A stretch of DNA of 64,000 bases, from assembly GCA_951406725.2 (NCBI GenBank), contig OX597819.1, positions 16,492,001 through 16,556,000 of the forward strand, given 5' to 3'. The first letter of the stretch is position 1. Each line of letters begins with the position of its first letter. The translations under genes and the position numbers were made by a program. The stretch is from Octopus vulgaris (taxonomy: Eukaryota). This document shows positions 40,214 through 56,354 of this stretch, piece after piece. The notes beneath the pieces were generated by a model. That model made no database searches. It saw only the letters and a list, made by a program, of their open reading frames with translations, and was not told the origin of the DNA.

Positions 40214-40264
<51 letters not shown>

Positions 40265-41406
40265 ACATTGCTACAAACCTTACACCGAGGGATCTAAACA
40301 CTACTTCCTTCTCACCCTTAACTGACATAGTAAACCAATACTATGTACAATGCCACCCGCCACCCTTAATATAGGCCATTCTCCTCCTTCTAGTCTTATA
40401 TCATGAACCACACAGGAGTGACAAACAGATATCTGTTGACAACTTTCGTTTTTCCAGTTTTAGAACAAAAACTTTGAAGACATGGAGTTTCTAATTGAAA
40501 TTTGTTTTAATGTACATGATTCTTAATACCTAACTCAGAATTACACATGAGTGGGGAGAGAACAGTCGATGATACTGACCCGTGCGCTTAACTGGTGCTT
40601 ATTTCATCGACCGCAGAAGGTGGAAAAGCAAAGTAAAGCTCGATAGGAATTGAACCCTGAATATTTAAAAGTAACTTAATAGCGTGCTTCTGCGAATTGA
40701 CCATCTAATTCATGTTTAATATATCAACAGTCTTGGAATGAGCTGGGAAATGATATTGAGATCTCTACTACAAATGCCACAGATTCTGCTTAGAAATTAA
40801 CTCATGGAATTAACTGTCGTCTTAACCGTTTGCCTGTCCTGTGTGTCACATGTGGTGCTTAGGACATGTTTCCCTGGCGTCCATGCATCCTATATGATAC
40901 ACATTCTCGAGTTTTTCAACCACCAGAGTTAACTTGGGGCTTATGAAAGGAAAGCTTTATATAATGCAGAACGTACGAAACGAAGGCTAAGTGAAAGTCT
41001 GAAAACAAGCGTGGACGTTTAGGAAAAGCTTTTGAAAACGTTTTTGGACAGGCAACGAGTTAAAAGGAGTCAGTGAAATAAGGGTCCAAGAATAAGAAGA
41101 AGTGAAAACAGGTAACTAATGAAGTATTATGATGTAGTGGTGTTCATTCGTTGAGTTTCTGCCTGCCGACCTCATAATAAGAAGTTGTCTACGAGACGAT
41201 TTTTTTTTTTGACAGAATTTGTTTAAGGTTTGGAATGTCTATAGAATGAGAAAATCCGAAACAATAAAAACGGAAGTGGGATAATTAAAGGAATGGAGTA
41301 TGTGTGTGTGTGAGAGAAAGAAAGAGAGAGTATGTGTGTGTGTGTATATGTATATATATATACATGTGTGTATGTATATCATATATATATATATACATAT
41401 ATACAC

Positions 41407-41455
<49 letters not shown>

Positions 41456-42269
41456 ATATATATATATATATAAAACATGTATATATGTATGTATGTAACA
41501 GAGAGAACCAAAAAAGGTTGATAGATAGGCACAAATAGATAGATAGATAGATAGATAGACAAAAGACAGACAGTCACATACATACATACATACATACATG
41601 CATACATGTCTAACGCATACGTACAAAGAAAAAAAGATAAACAAAAGTGATAGATGGATTAATACTTACATGCAACACACACAGACACACACACACAGCC
41701 ATGTTAGTAAATGATAAACAATTAGTGGAGCACATCACATTGAATACGAAATATGCAAATTTGAATCTTGTAATATTATTCAATGACGGAAAGAAATTAC
41801 CGAAAATGTTTAAAACAATGATAATAATGAAATAAACACTAGAATGTCTTCTTCCATATGTTCTTGGGTATATATTTTATGGCTGGGTGAAGGGGAGAAG
41901 GGCGGGACCCAAGGCCTGATTATAGTTTCAGGAACTTCAAAATTGGTGGGAGAGAGAGAAACCATGACTCTTATAGAAAGCAGGACATGAAGATATTGAA
42001 ATATACTCTCAGCAGACATGTATAAGGTCTGTTTCCGCTTGCGCTAAAGTGAACTTCGCCTAAACAGCTATGGGCCAGATGGTGGTGTTAGACAGGGAAA
42101 TCGATTAAGCTTCTAACTCTCGTTCTGTTTCATACCAACACCAACACCACCACCACCACCATCTAATTGTTTTATATCAATAAGCAGATGCCCCTGACAC
42201 CTGGTGAGGAAAAGTGAAACACTGGAACGAGATGCACGACTATTTTTTGAAGTTCTGCAATGCGAGTCA

Positions 42270-42760
42270 TTTTAGAACTGTAACCCCCACAACGTCCGAG
42301 ACCGCACTCGTAGCAGGTAACATACAACAACCTAAACTACACCCGTAGAATGTAACAGACAGTATCTTAGACCACACCCATGACAGGTAACACATACACC
42401 TTTGATGGCAGCCACAATGAGTTTCATACCTTGAACCTTGAACCGCACCCATACAACCCCAGGCCACATCTATACTATTTAATATACAGTATCTTAGACC
42501 ATAGTTGTAGTATGTAACATAGAATACCCATACCTCACCCGTAATATAAACATAGATCACTGTAGACCACATCCATAATATGAAGCATACCTTTATCACT
42601 GCCATAGTATAATAACCAACACCAAACCCACCTATAGACCACACCCACCATAGCAGGAAACATACAAAACCCTAGATCTTACCCATATCAGTCAACAAAT
42701 ACAACAGACCACACCTACCATAGAAGGAAACAATACCATCGACTCCACCCATTATTGTAG
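42270..42760. repeat. Old degenerate minisatellite (~33-36-bp unit)
   Basis: Recurrent tagaccacacccat / gtaacata(c)a motifs. Confidence 0.55.
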
Positions 42761-43440
42761 GTTACAGCCCTGATAGTAGAGATTTATGGAGGGGTAGGGA
42801 CGATCGAGAGACTTATTGTTCTATTATCTATGGGGAGATCAACTTGAATGACCCAATCCTTTTAACTAGAAACGTTATAAATTAACGAGATGTCCATCAC
42901 AAAACTTCTGCTGTTTATAGCGACGAGTGACATAAAAACACGTTGAGATATATTTATATTTGGTTCGACAGGCTGGGTAATTTGAACTTAAACTGTCTTC
43001 GCGCGCCCATACACTCAAACACACACACACACACATCAGCAGGCTGACACTCTCCTTGTAGCTCTCAATGATAATAATATAGATTTAGATGAGAAAGGTT
43101 TCCTATTAAAAATATAAGTTATAGACGACCCAACCACGAAACTTCAATTGGTCGCTCGATCTGCTAGATAAAGCAGCAAAACATCCTACAATCCTAAAGA
43201 AGAAACAATACGCAAAAAAGAACGATTGACACGGTTGGAATGTCTTTGATAACTCAAACGAATCAAGGCTGCCCAGGGCTAAATAACAACATCAAGAGTT
43301 CTTACAGGTAAATAATTTTTCAAAAATGTTTTCCGTCAACAAATATGGAGACGTGCCTGGATCACATGTGTTTGTTGTTTAACATCAGATCAGACTAAAT
43401 TGAACAGTAATGACCAAAGGCGTTCCAGCCATAACCATCA

Positions 43441-43522
<82 letters not shown>

Positions 43523-43554
43523 ACTATCTATCATGTGCGCGCGCACGTGTGTGT

Positions 43555-43790
43555 TTGCTCGTGGTTTAGTGGTACGGTGTTGGGTTCATGATCGTAAGAT
43601 TGTGGTTTCGATTCCTGGACCGGACGGCGCGTTGTGTTCTTAAACAAAACACTTCATTTCACGTTGTCCCAGTTCACTCAGCTGGCAAAAAAGAGTGATC
43701 CTGCGATGGACCGGCGTCCCGTCCAGTAGGAAGTCCATGCACCACGGAAACCGGGAAACCAAACCCAGTGATTCTATAACTTAGGAAGGA
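43555..43790 (+). mobile_element. tRNA-derived SINE
   Basis: gtggtttagtggta...ggtttcgattcc A/B boxes followed by the family core gttgtgttctt.a.caaaacacttcatttcacgttg. Confidence 0.75.
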
Positions 43791-43815
43791 TCTTTACCCT
43801 ATATAGATATATTAT

Positions 43816-43883
<68 letters not shown>

Positions 43884-44114
43884 TCAAGAAGACGCCCAAG
43901 AGACGTTTCGGACATAGTCATGCGCCAAGGAAAATTTCACAGGAGAAAAATTAACGCAAGACAGCAGAGCTTTATATCTTCGAGGCTCCCGAAAATATAA
44001 AATTCTGTTATCTTTAATTTCATTCCTACTAGCTTTTCCTTGAAGGAGATCTCTGTCCAAAACTTCGCATTTTCCACTCTCCGCGGCAAGTTTAATGTAC
44101 TCTCTCTCTCTCTC

Positions 44115-44161
<47 letters not shown>

Positions 44162-44564
44162 GAGACTAAAAGATCTAATGTCCTGTCTTTTCTAAAACGG
44201 CAGAAACGATCTGAAAAATAAATTTGGCTGCCATTTCTCGCAGATCATGCGACTACGTAAGGACTTCTTTGTTCTGTACCCGAACTGCTAAAGTGCGATG
44301 AACAATCGCGATCTTTGTCACTAAAACTAGCACATTTTATGGAATGGCAAAAAAACTGATGTTTAAAAAACTGCCTCAAAAAAAACCTTTTAGAAATGAA
44401 GTAAGTGGGAGCATATGCTTATTTAAAGGTAACATGCTGTTCAAGAATCTTGATGATACAGTATGCAAACACATTTATACACACAGCCACGCGCGCGCAT
44501 GTAATGCAGACATATATCTATGCATACATCTATCCATACATAAGAATATATATATATATGTATG

Positions 44565-44615
<51 letters not shown>

Positions 44616-44624
44616 GCATGTATG

Positions 44625-44662
<38 letters not shown>

Positions 44663-44782
44663 AATATATATATATACATAAGAATATATATATATATATA
44701 TACATAAGAATATATATATATATACATAAGAATATATATATATATATACACACATAAGAATATATATATATATGTATGTATG

Positions 44783-44834
<52 letters not shown>

Positions 44835-45073
44835 TGTGTTTGTACACACACACACACAGAGTCTCATTACGGAGAAAAGGTACACTCAGGGATATTTGTG
44901 AGTTAGTAAGTTGGGAAGACTAATAATTAACTAAAAAAAAAATTATTATTGGATAGAATAAACTTTGAAGTTGGAAATAAATTAAGTTGAATGAACTACG
45001 CAAGTTAAGAAGGAATATAACGCTGCAGTTTGGAAAATATATCAACAGATAGATTAATTAGTTTGTAAATATA

Positions 45074-45468
45074 TCTATATATATAAAAGTGAAGTTGTGT
45101 GAGTGTCTGTCTCCTACGATTTAGATTCCTAACTACTCCCACATTTTGTGGTGCAGTTTAACCAAATTCGGGTATCTTATAGTCGTGATTCATATCGAGC
45201 CCGTCTGGGTATTAGCGCGCGTCTACGATGAGTCTACGATTTTTAAAATAATTTACCATCATTTTTTTCCATTTTAACGCATATTTTTTAAATAAAGAGA
45301 AGTAACTCTCTAAAAATGTCTACGATGAGTCAACGATTTAAAAAAAAATTTACCATAGTTTTTTTTCCATTTTTAATGCATTTTTGCTATTTTTTGGCTA
45401 TAACTCTCTAAAAATGCTTTATAGTTATTTCCCTTACAAACCCGAGCAACGCCGGGCGATACTGCTAG
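45074..45468 (+). mobile_element. Non-autonomous Helitron, copy 3, with internal duplication
   Basis: A|TC ... CCCGAGCAACGCCGGG...CTAG|T; the gtctacgatgagtc...taactctctaaaaatg block occurs twice. Confidence 0.85.
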
Positions 45469-45939
45469 TTGTATTATATTTTTACTTACTTTTCTCTTTT
45501 TGGTTATGACTAAACTAAGACTAAATTAGACAACTATTTTCACAGAAATCTTCCAGTCTTGTTTGTCAAGTGACTTGGTCCAAGAACGTGCGTGTAAAAT
45601 GAAAACGAAAACATCGCGGAAGAGTCATGATGGCGATTCGTTTGTACAAGTACTATTGCAGTGATTGTACAGTATCCAACTACACTGTCCAAATCTACTA
45701 CTGTAATTGTATCTGTGACCAAGAAGTAGGAACATTAATTATTTGGACACTTTTTATAATACTGTCACAGCTTAAAAGAAAAGCGAATATAACAGTATAC
45801 AGATATATGTGCATTGTAAATTAGAATAATCTCTGTCACGATGTAATTGTTTACAAGATGTTTTGGAAGAATGAGAAAGCAACAGATTGTCCCTTTTCAC
45901 TGAAATTCACATTTGCCTCGTATACCAACACATTAACAA

Positions 45940-45970
<31 letters not shown>

Positions 45971-46007
45971 TAGTCATTGAGTTGTATCATACTGGGAAAT
46001 AGCCATT

Positions 46008-46099
<92 letters not shown>

Positions 46100-46956
46100 A
46101 TATACAGTACAGAGTTCGCATGGTGATTTTACAGAGACGTATTAATTGCAGATATAGTAACATTTCTTTAGACTGAATTGAACACGATAGGAATCTTTGT
46201 TTTAAAGCAGAGAACGTGAGAAATTGAAAATAAGGAAAATACGGAAACACTAAAATGATATGGGAGAGTGTTTTATACAAAAAAAAATCTAATGAAAGCA
46301 ATATTTATATATCATTTCCTATTCTCTTCATGTCTTTAGTAAACACTTTAAATTTGAACATTTATTCACTGCGCGATGCCAGATTGCTCTGGCGAAATAT
46401 GATTAAAGACAAGGGAAATAACTTATAAAAACCCTGTGCAAATGAAGGGAGAACACCCACAATTTCTAAGGGAGATAAATATAAAGCATTCGCAAAAGTT
46501 TCTTCAGTATTTAAATATCTCAGCGAATGGGGTTTAATGAGTTATTATCTTCCGTAGTATAAGCATCAAAAAGCTAACTAAAGCGGTAGTTTAATTATTA
46601 TTATGTTTTCCGGTATATGTACTTCTGTAGCAGACAATTTTGCAGACATGGAGACATATGTCTGTATGCAAGCATACGCACAAACGAGAATGAAACCACG
46701 TGTGTGCGTGTATGTGTGTTTCCACACATGCATTTGGGGGACACCTACTCACATCCTTTCAATGATAGCCTAACACTATTTCCCTGCCCAACACGTAAAT
46801 ACGTACGCTCATGTGCGTGATGCATATATAACGATATATACTAGCAGAACATCCGTAGGAGGCAATGAGTTTTTTGGTCGTCTTTGCATTTGGTCACATG
46901 ACTCACAGTGACATCTCCTCTATCTATCTATCTGTCTGTCTGTCAGTTATCTATCA

Positions 46957-46989
<33 letters not shown>

Positions 46990-47005
46990 GTTGTCTATCT
47001 GTCAG

Positions 47006-47048
<43 letters not shown>

Positions 47049-47321
47049 GTTGTCTATCTGTCAGTTATCTATCTATCTATCTATCTATCTATCCCTCTTT
47101 AAGCCTCTTCCTCTCTTCCATCTTACGTTCTCTCTTCTGCTACAATTCTCATTTTCTCTTTCAGTTGACTTTCACACGCACACACACACTCTCTCTCTCT
47201 CTCTCTTTCTTCTTTTTTGCCCTCACCTATACATACACACTTACACACACTCACACACACAAACATACATACATGCAAAAAACATCACCTAACCAGTTCT
47301 ATATAAGTATGATTAATAGAA

Positions 47322-47358
<37 letters not shown>

Positions 47359-47811
47359 CGACGACAACGACCACGACGATGACGATGAGGATGATGCCGC
47401 TGTATATAGGTTTTAGTCCATCATGTTCCCACCAAACACTACATAAAAGACAGAAAGTGTGAAAAATTTATCACAACATTTAAAAATGTAACGCTCTGGC
47501 AGCCAGTTCCTTAATCTCAATAATTTCAGAAAGATTAGGATTATAAGATTCAGATGTGACGTTAAGTATGGAAGATGTGGAAATGGTAAAGTTATCAATT
47601 GACACAGTTTCCGTGGAATTTATAAAATGAAATTAACACTGGCGGTGTTCCAGCATGGCCACAGCCTTAGGGTTGAAAAGTATAAAAGAATAAAAGAATT
47701 TATGAACCATAGTGACAAAGAGACAACTTGAACCGAGCTGTTGACATTTTTTTTACATATAATCGTAACACACACATAAATTACACATATAGACAAATAC
47801 ACATACATACA

Positions 47812-47974
<163 letters not shown>

Positions 47975-49451
47975 AAGGGAAAGAGAAAGGGGGAAAGTGA
48001 AACATAGAGATGCATACACAGAACTCACGTACACAAGCATGTATATAGATGGGAGGTTCCTATGGATATAAGTATTCATATATAATTGTGTCATTCACTC
48101 ATTTCTTCATACATAGGACAACTCCAGCAAGTTGCTGTGCTGACAACGAGAAATACTTGCTTAAGGACTTCTTAAACCTACCATTGTTTCACTGACATAT
48201 GAAAAACAGGTGTCTTTATTAATTTGATGACAGGAGGTGGGATTTAAATTCAGAACAGGTACAACTGACATAAATACGGCAAGGTAGCTTTCTCTCCTAC
48301 GCTTGTATACTGCCAATACACCTCACACTTTATTTATTAACCCCAAAAGAATGAAAGGCAAAGCTGACCTTACCAGGATTTTTGAATGCAGAACATAAAG
48401 AACCTGAATTCTGATTGCAAGGCATTCTAACAGAAGCACACACATAAAACATGCACACACATACATGCAAGCGTGTACACACACGCACAGATGCATACAT
48501 TATATGTGTATGTGTATGTGTGTGTGGGGGGGTAATTATATGTATATTACATATATGCATAAATAGTACACACACATTTAATGAGTGTGTGTGTGGGTGT
48601 GGCATCTGGGTGAGTGTATGAGGAATTTCTTTAGAAATTGTTGAGCTGCAAGCAGTGATGTTGTAACTGCTTTGAAGACATGTGGGATCAGTGATCCCTT
48701 ACTTGCACAACAGGCCAGATATAGTGTCAGGATGGGCATCCAGCCATAAAACAATGCCTCAATAATATAACCTTTTAAGTCTTGTAGGTTTAAGTTCAGT
48801 CCTGGTGAGTGGCACCTAGGATCAAGTGTCTTCTCATTTAGCCCTCGGCTGAGCAAGGACTTGTGAGTGGATTTTGCAGATGGAAACTGAAATGAGCCCA
48901 TCATATATAATGTAAAGGAATAGGGAATGGTATTTATGACCTCTAACCTAGAACATACTTTAAGAAGGGCTGTCTAACGCTTGGATCCTCAATTCACTTC
49001 ACTCACCTGCACGGGTAAAACCTTGAACAAAGCTGTATAGGGGTCTCAACCTCGAGTAAATATGTTCTACAACTGAACCAACTAAATGCAGATAAATGCT
49101 ATGTCAAAGGACATTAGTACAGTTATCTGGCAGAAACACGTGTCGGATTGGAATTTTATGAGACTTTAATTAGAACACTACCATAAACAAATTTTGAAGA
49201 TGTATAATTCTCCAGTCTGTGTGTACACACACACACACATATATATATATATATGTGTGTGTGTACACACACATATATATATGTGTGTGTTTGTATGTAT
49301 ATATGTGTGTGTATATATGTGTGTGTATGTATATATGTATGTATGAGTGTATATATATATGTATATATATATATATATGTATGTGTGTTTGTATGTATTT
49401 AATATATATATATATATACACACACATATGCCTACATATATGCACATATAT

Positions 49452-49483
<32 letters not shown>

Positions 49484-49489
49484 ATATAT

Positions 49490-49520
<31 letters not shown>

Positions 49521-49597
49521 TATATATATGTGTGTGTGTATATATATGCATGTGTATGTATATAAATATGTGTGTATGTATATATGTATGTATATCA

Positions 49598-49630
<33 letters not shown>

Positions 49631-49644
49631 TTGTGTGTGTATAC

Positions 49645-49683
<39 letters not shown>

Positions 49684-50121
49684 CAAACACACATACACAC
49701 ACAATCACACACACACATGTATAATCAGTATATACATGCATGCATTTGTGGGTGTGCATGTGAAATTATGTACATCTATGTAATCAGGAACATTGACAAG
49801 TTAAATCTATCTTAACCTGAAGCTGTCAGAATCACATTGGTTTATTTCCTTCAGGTACAAAGGTATGATGGTTCTTTTCTTTTCCTCTTCTTCATGGAGA
49901 AAAACCAGAAATTCTACACTTTATGTCTTCCCCTTTACAGCTTTATTTGTCAGCAAGAAGAAGAACCACTTTATTTAGTGAAACTGCAACTCATGAGCAA
50001 GTGTTACACACTGTCAGTGAATCACATAATATTGCATCAGCATCTCTGACAAACATGTTACAGCACATATTTTTAACACACACATATACATATAATATAA
50101 TTTGTGTGTGTGTGTAAAGTG

Positions 50122-50168
<47 letters not shown>

Positions 50169-50179
50169 TGTGTGTGTGT

Positions 50180-50470
50180 GATGGGATGTGACTTAGTGGT
50201 TAGGCTATTCAGCTCATGATTGTAAGGACATGAGTTAGACACCTGGTGGCAAGTTGTGTCCTTGAGCAAGACACTTTATTTCACATTGCTTCAGTCCATT
50301 CAGTTAGGCAAAAACAAGTAGTACCTGTATTTCAAAGATTCAGCCTTGTCACACTCTGTGTCACACTGAATCTCCCTGAGAACTACGTTAAGAGTATTCG
50401 TGTCTGTTGTATGACCAGCCACTTGCACACTAATTTTACCAAGATCAACTGGAACACTCATCATAACCAA
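50180..50470 (+). mobile_element. tRNA-derived SINE, CpG-decayed copy
   Basis: gtgacttagtggttagg...ttgtgtccttgagcaagacactttatttcacattgc; same family as 43555. Confidence 0.7.
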
Positions 50471-52029
50471 TAAATTGCCAGTTCATCTAGCTATCTACAA
50501 ACATATATATATATATATATAAGATTTCTCTCTGAGAGAACACAATTGGCCAAGGGGACACAGTTATCAAAACTACCACCCAACATATCACAAGTTCTAA
50601 CCCTGTTGCCAGCAATATGTTTTGTCCATCAGTAGATTTTTAACTTTTGACACATATATATATATACTTATATATATACACAGTTCCTACGAACTGTTAC
50701 TCACGTGCAACATTTTATCCAACATTTCGTAGTTTTTAACTTTCATGTTTCAGTTTCATAAAACACTTCATTAATAGATAAACCTGCCACCTCTTTGACA
50801 TTGTCTGCATTTTCATTATACTATTTCTTTTGATTCACTTTCAAATATCTGGTTTCTGTAAATCCCATATATATATACACACACACACACATACACTCAC
50901 ACACACACACATATATATAAATACATATTTGCACATAAATATAAATATATACATATATGTGCACATACATACATAAATACATGTATATACATATATACAT
51001 ACATGTATATATACATATATACATATACATATATACATATACATACATACGTACATATACATACATATATACATGCATTCATACATATATACATATATAT
51101 ATATATGTATGCATGTATATATATATGTATATGCATATATACATATATACGTACATATATACATATATAGATATACATATATATATATATACATATATAT
51201 GCATACATATATACATATATATATACATGCATACATATATATATATATATATATAGATTTATATATTTGTGTGTGTGTGTCTATGTATGTATGTACACAT
51301 ACACACACACACAGCTATGTCTTTGTTGTCTCACTATATTTACATATGCATCCAGTGCATAAATGATTTCTTCAATTTAAATTATGCCCTATATACATAT
51401 ATACCTCAATGCATGTGTGTACGTTGGCGCATGCATGTGTGCATGTGTATTTGTGTGTGTGTGAAGTGAGCATCCATGTATACATCCATATAAGGAAATG
51501 GTAAGTTAGTGTGATAAAATAATGATGTTGACAATATAAACAACCCACATGACATATATAGAAGAAGTGAGGAAATGAAAACAGCAAAAACAATGCCAGA
51601 TACCAAAATTCAAAGAAACAGAAAAAACAAAATAATAATCAAGAAAATCATGGAAAAAAAACCCCAAAAGATCCAAGATAGAATATATAGGTTTGAGAGA
51701 GACTCTGTTGGCTCAGGAATGGTGGTTCCAAGAACAAGAACTGTTTAGAGGATGGCTTTCTTCAGGTAAAGAATGGTCTCAATTACTTTTAAAGTGTATC
51801 TCTTCATTTATTTACCGATGAAGGAAGTTGAAATAGAGTTGGAAAACAAATTTGCAGTTTTGAGTTGAGATTGAGTTTTCACTTTGAGTTTGAGTTGAGA
51901 TTGAGTTTGAGTTTGACTTTGCAAATGATAATGTCAAATCTTGAAATAAATGAGGAATTAAAAAGTTAAAATAAAAATTTATTGCTTCTTTTTTTTTTCA
52001 AGATAGATAGACTGGAATATAGATAAATC

Positions 52030-52320
<291 letters not shown>

Positions 52321-52374
52321 AGACAGATATATATATATAGATAAATAAATATATAAATAAATGGATAGATAGAT

Positions 52375-52411
<37 letters not shown>

Positions 52412-52451
52412 GAGAGGGAGAAATTGACACAGATAGATAGATAAAGCGAGT

Positions 52452-52483
<32 letters not shown>

Positions 52484-52959
52484 TAGAGAGAGACAGAAAT
52501 TGGTTGATGAACAGAGAGATAAATACAGAGGGATAAATTGAGAAAGACTGACATAAAGTGGCATACAGTAAAAGAGAAGTAGAGAGAGACAGACAGACAG
52601 ACAGATAGATAGATAGTTAGATAGATAGATAGAAGGGTTTATTGTCAGAATTTGAGAAAGGAAGAGATGAGGAAATACATAGGGGAATATGCAGATTAGA
52701 TGATATATATATGATATACATACAAATATGCACACAAACACACACATACACACCCACATGTATGTGTATCTATATTACACAGACAGATGGATAAATAGAC
52801 AATATGATTGATATAAATATCAATAGATATGTATACCTGTCTATATCTATATCTGTGCATTTGTATATATCCACATACATATATACACATATGTACACAC
52901 ACACGCACACACACATACACACACATATACACACACACACATATATATTTATATAATAT

Positions 52960-53430
52960 AATATATGAAAATATGCATATATACATACGTATACATACAT
53001 ACCTACATATATATGTATATATACATGATTATATGTGTACAGGACATAAAAAAAAAACATCAACAAAATGAGAAACGAGAACATAAAAAACAAAAACATA
53101 GAAATGAACTTTTGTCAAACAACAAAAAAAACAAACAGCGAAACGAGACATACAACATGAAGAATATCCCCTTCATCAGTTGTCCCCTATGCGGAAATAG
53201 ATAAAACAGGGGACAACTGATGAAGGGAATGTTCTTTATGTTTTCTGTCTCGTTTCTCTATTTATTCCTTTCATTGTTCGAAAAAAATTTTGTTTTCTAT
53301 GTTTTTTATGTTCTCATTTATCATTTTGTTGAGGTTTTATTTTATGTCCTGTACCCATATATGCACGTATATATACATACATATGTAGGTATGTACATAT
53401 ATGTATGTATATTTGCATATATTTATATAT
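52960..53430. repeat. Diverged ~230-bp inverted repeat (foldback element)
   Basis: Inner arms cccttcatcagttgtcccct / aggggacaactgatgaaggg around a ~19-nt spacer; the arms extend outward with decreasing identity. Confidence 0.8.
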
Positions 53431-53508
53431 TATCTATTTCTATATTTATACATACTATCTATATTCATACACATAGATATGTCTAGATATATCTAAATAC
53501 ATACACAC

Positions 53509-53551
<43 letters not shown>

Positions 53552-53566
53552 TAGATACATACACAC

Positions 53567-53603
<37 letters not shown>

Positions 53604-54316
53604 TATGCATACGTATGTATAAGTATTTTTATGTCTATATATGTGTGTCTGGTGGATGTTTGTTTGCTTGGTAGTGTGTGTGTGTGTGTGTAAGCATTTT
53701 AATATTGTGAAATACTTATTGTTTTAACTGAATATACTCCTCATTTTCGATTTATTGTATACTCTCCATGACACTGTGATATTCTGTTTTTTAAAGGAGA
53801 CTGATGAAATACACACACACAAACTCTAATACTCAACTATACACAACCACAAACTAGCACTCACATATACCTATATTTACATGCATTCACACATACATAT
53901 GTACTAACATATACACATACACAGATATATATATATAGAGACATACCTATATATAAAAATGTTATATATATATATGTACATACAGACATATACACATTAC
54001 GTGTGTGTGTGTGTATATATATATACATCAATATATATATATGTGTGTGTGTGTGTATACATTATGTATACATATATGTAGTATGAATGTATGTATTATA
54101 TGCACGTGTGTATATTATACATATTATATATTTATTTAGGGATATAAAAAATATATATATATAGATGTATAACTACATATGTGTGTGCATGTGTATGTGT
54201 GTGTTTGTGTGTAAATAGAGAGAGAGAGAGAGGTAGAATGATAATTAGATAGATATGTACATAAATATATATCCGTGTATATATGTGCATATTATATACT
54301 ACATATATGTGTGTGT

Positions 54317-54364
<48 letters not shown>

Positions 54365-55091
54365 CATAATATATAGATAGATAGGTATGTATGTATGTAT
54401 GTACTTATGTATGTATGTATGTATGTATGTATGTATGTATGTATTAGACCAAAATATATGCCACACAAGTTATGGTGTGTTGAAAAATCTGTACAGTACT
54501 ATCACTTTTGTATTTGTAATTTATAACAGTTTCTAATCCAATTATTTCAAAACATGCTATTACATCTTATAGAATATATTTTTACATACCGGTTTCACTT
54601 CAAACAAGGTATCATCATTGTAATGTAGATGTACAATGGTGACTGTTTCCCTTCATCTAAAGCCTTCAGTTTAGTATATAGGATATTATGAGAGGCTACA
54701 GTTTATCTTAAATAAAAGCTGACACCCGGACATTGACCACAGATATTTCAATGTTTATTCTCATAAAAAAAGGAAAGCCAGTATCTAATAATATTTTTTG
54801 TAGAATGCAATAATGTACTTTGAAATAATCTAATTACAATTCAAACTGAATTGTGGATTTTAGTACTTTTTATACACACACACACACACACACACACATT
54901 TTCATTAAAAATACATGCACATATGCATGTATGTGTTCATGTGTGTGTGTGTGTTTGTATGTTTATATATGTTTGTGTGTTTGTGTGTGTGTGTGTGTGT
55001 GTAGAGGGAAACTTACAGAGACAATATGAGAGACAGAGATGAAAAATTAAAGAGAGCAGGAAAAAAATAAGAGAGTGAGAGAAAGAGAGAG

Positions 55092-55135
<44 letters not shown>

Positions 55136-55881
55136 AGAAAGAGCAAGTGAGAAAGGCAAACAATGTATGTTTAAAAAAAAAAATAGCTAAACAAGGCCTC
55201 GAAAAACAGTTTAGGAAAAAATGTGGGGGGAAATTAGAAAATGGGAGGGAAAAAAAACACCAATTTTTACAGTTGTTCTTGACTTGTTTAAACAATTATG
55301 AATGTCAAAATATGGCAGATTAAATGCACACTGCACACAGCACACACATTACACGCACACACATGCCATAGTATATACAAAGACTTGCACACTTATGCAG
55401 ATAAATATTTGATGCAGTTTGATAACATATATTATTATTATTATTATTATTATTATTATCATTATTATTATCATTATTATTATTATTATTATCATTATCA
55501 TTAAATTTTTCTTTTTTTTTCTTTTTTTAATCCCCAAAAACCCAACACCTTTTTTTAATATTTCCCCCCTTTTTTTTTGGTTGTTTTTTTTAAATAGGAA
55601 GTTTGCTGTTCATCAATATATTTGAAATTTAACTCAAGCCATTTTATAACGATTGTAATAAGAATTGTTGTGGTTGTTGTTGTTATTGTTATCTTTGTTG
55701 TTATCATTATGAATTTGTCATCCAGTGTATGTATTTGTGTGGGGGGAGGCTAGGTGGGTGGATGGGCGGGGTTGGTATCCACATATATTGTCATTGTGAT
55801 TTTATATTTTACAGATTTTTTGTGAATAACTAATCATACATAGAAAAACACGTCTACATAATAACAAATTGATATACATAT

Positions 55882-55928
<47 letters not shown>

Positions 55929-56010
55929 AACACATACGCATTTATATTGTGCATGTATATATATTTCCCTACATGTATACATATGCACATACATACACAT
56001 ACACACACAG

Positions 56011-56049
<39 letters not shown>

Positions 56050-56298
56050 AATATGTGTACACATAATGTATGTGTATATGTATAGCATATTAGCATATAT
56101 ATATATATGTTTATATATATATGCATGTTTGTATATATATGTATATATATGTATATATATGTTTATATATATAAATATATAAAACATATATATATATATA
56201 TTTATATACAAATATGTTTATATATATATATATATTTATATATGCATATATATATATAAATATGTTTATATATGTATGTATATATATATATATGTATG

Positions 56299-56354
<56 letters not shown>

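Noticed and set aside
49854-50060. Possible exon after ttccttcag
   Set aside because: All frames are short, with no recognisable domain and no consistent partner exon.
51690-51950. Possible exon or low-complexity ORF (ttgagt repeats)
   Set aside because: Weak acceptor, no homology recognised, stops in most frames.
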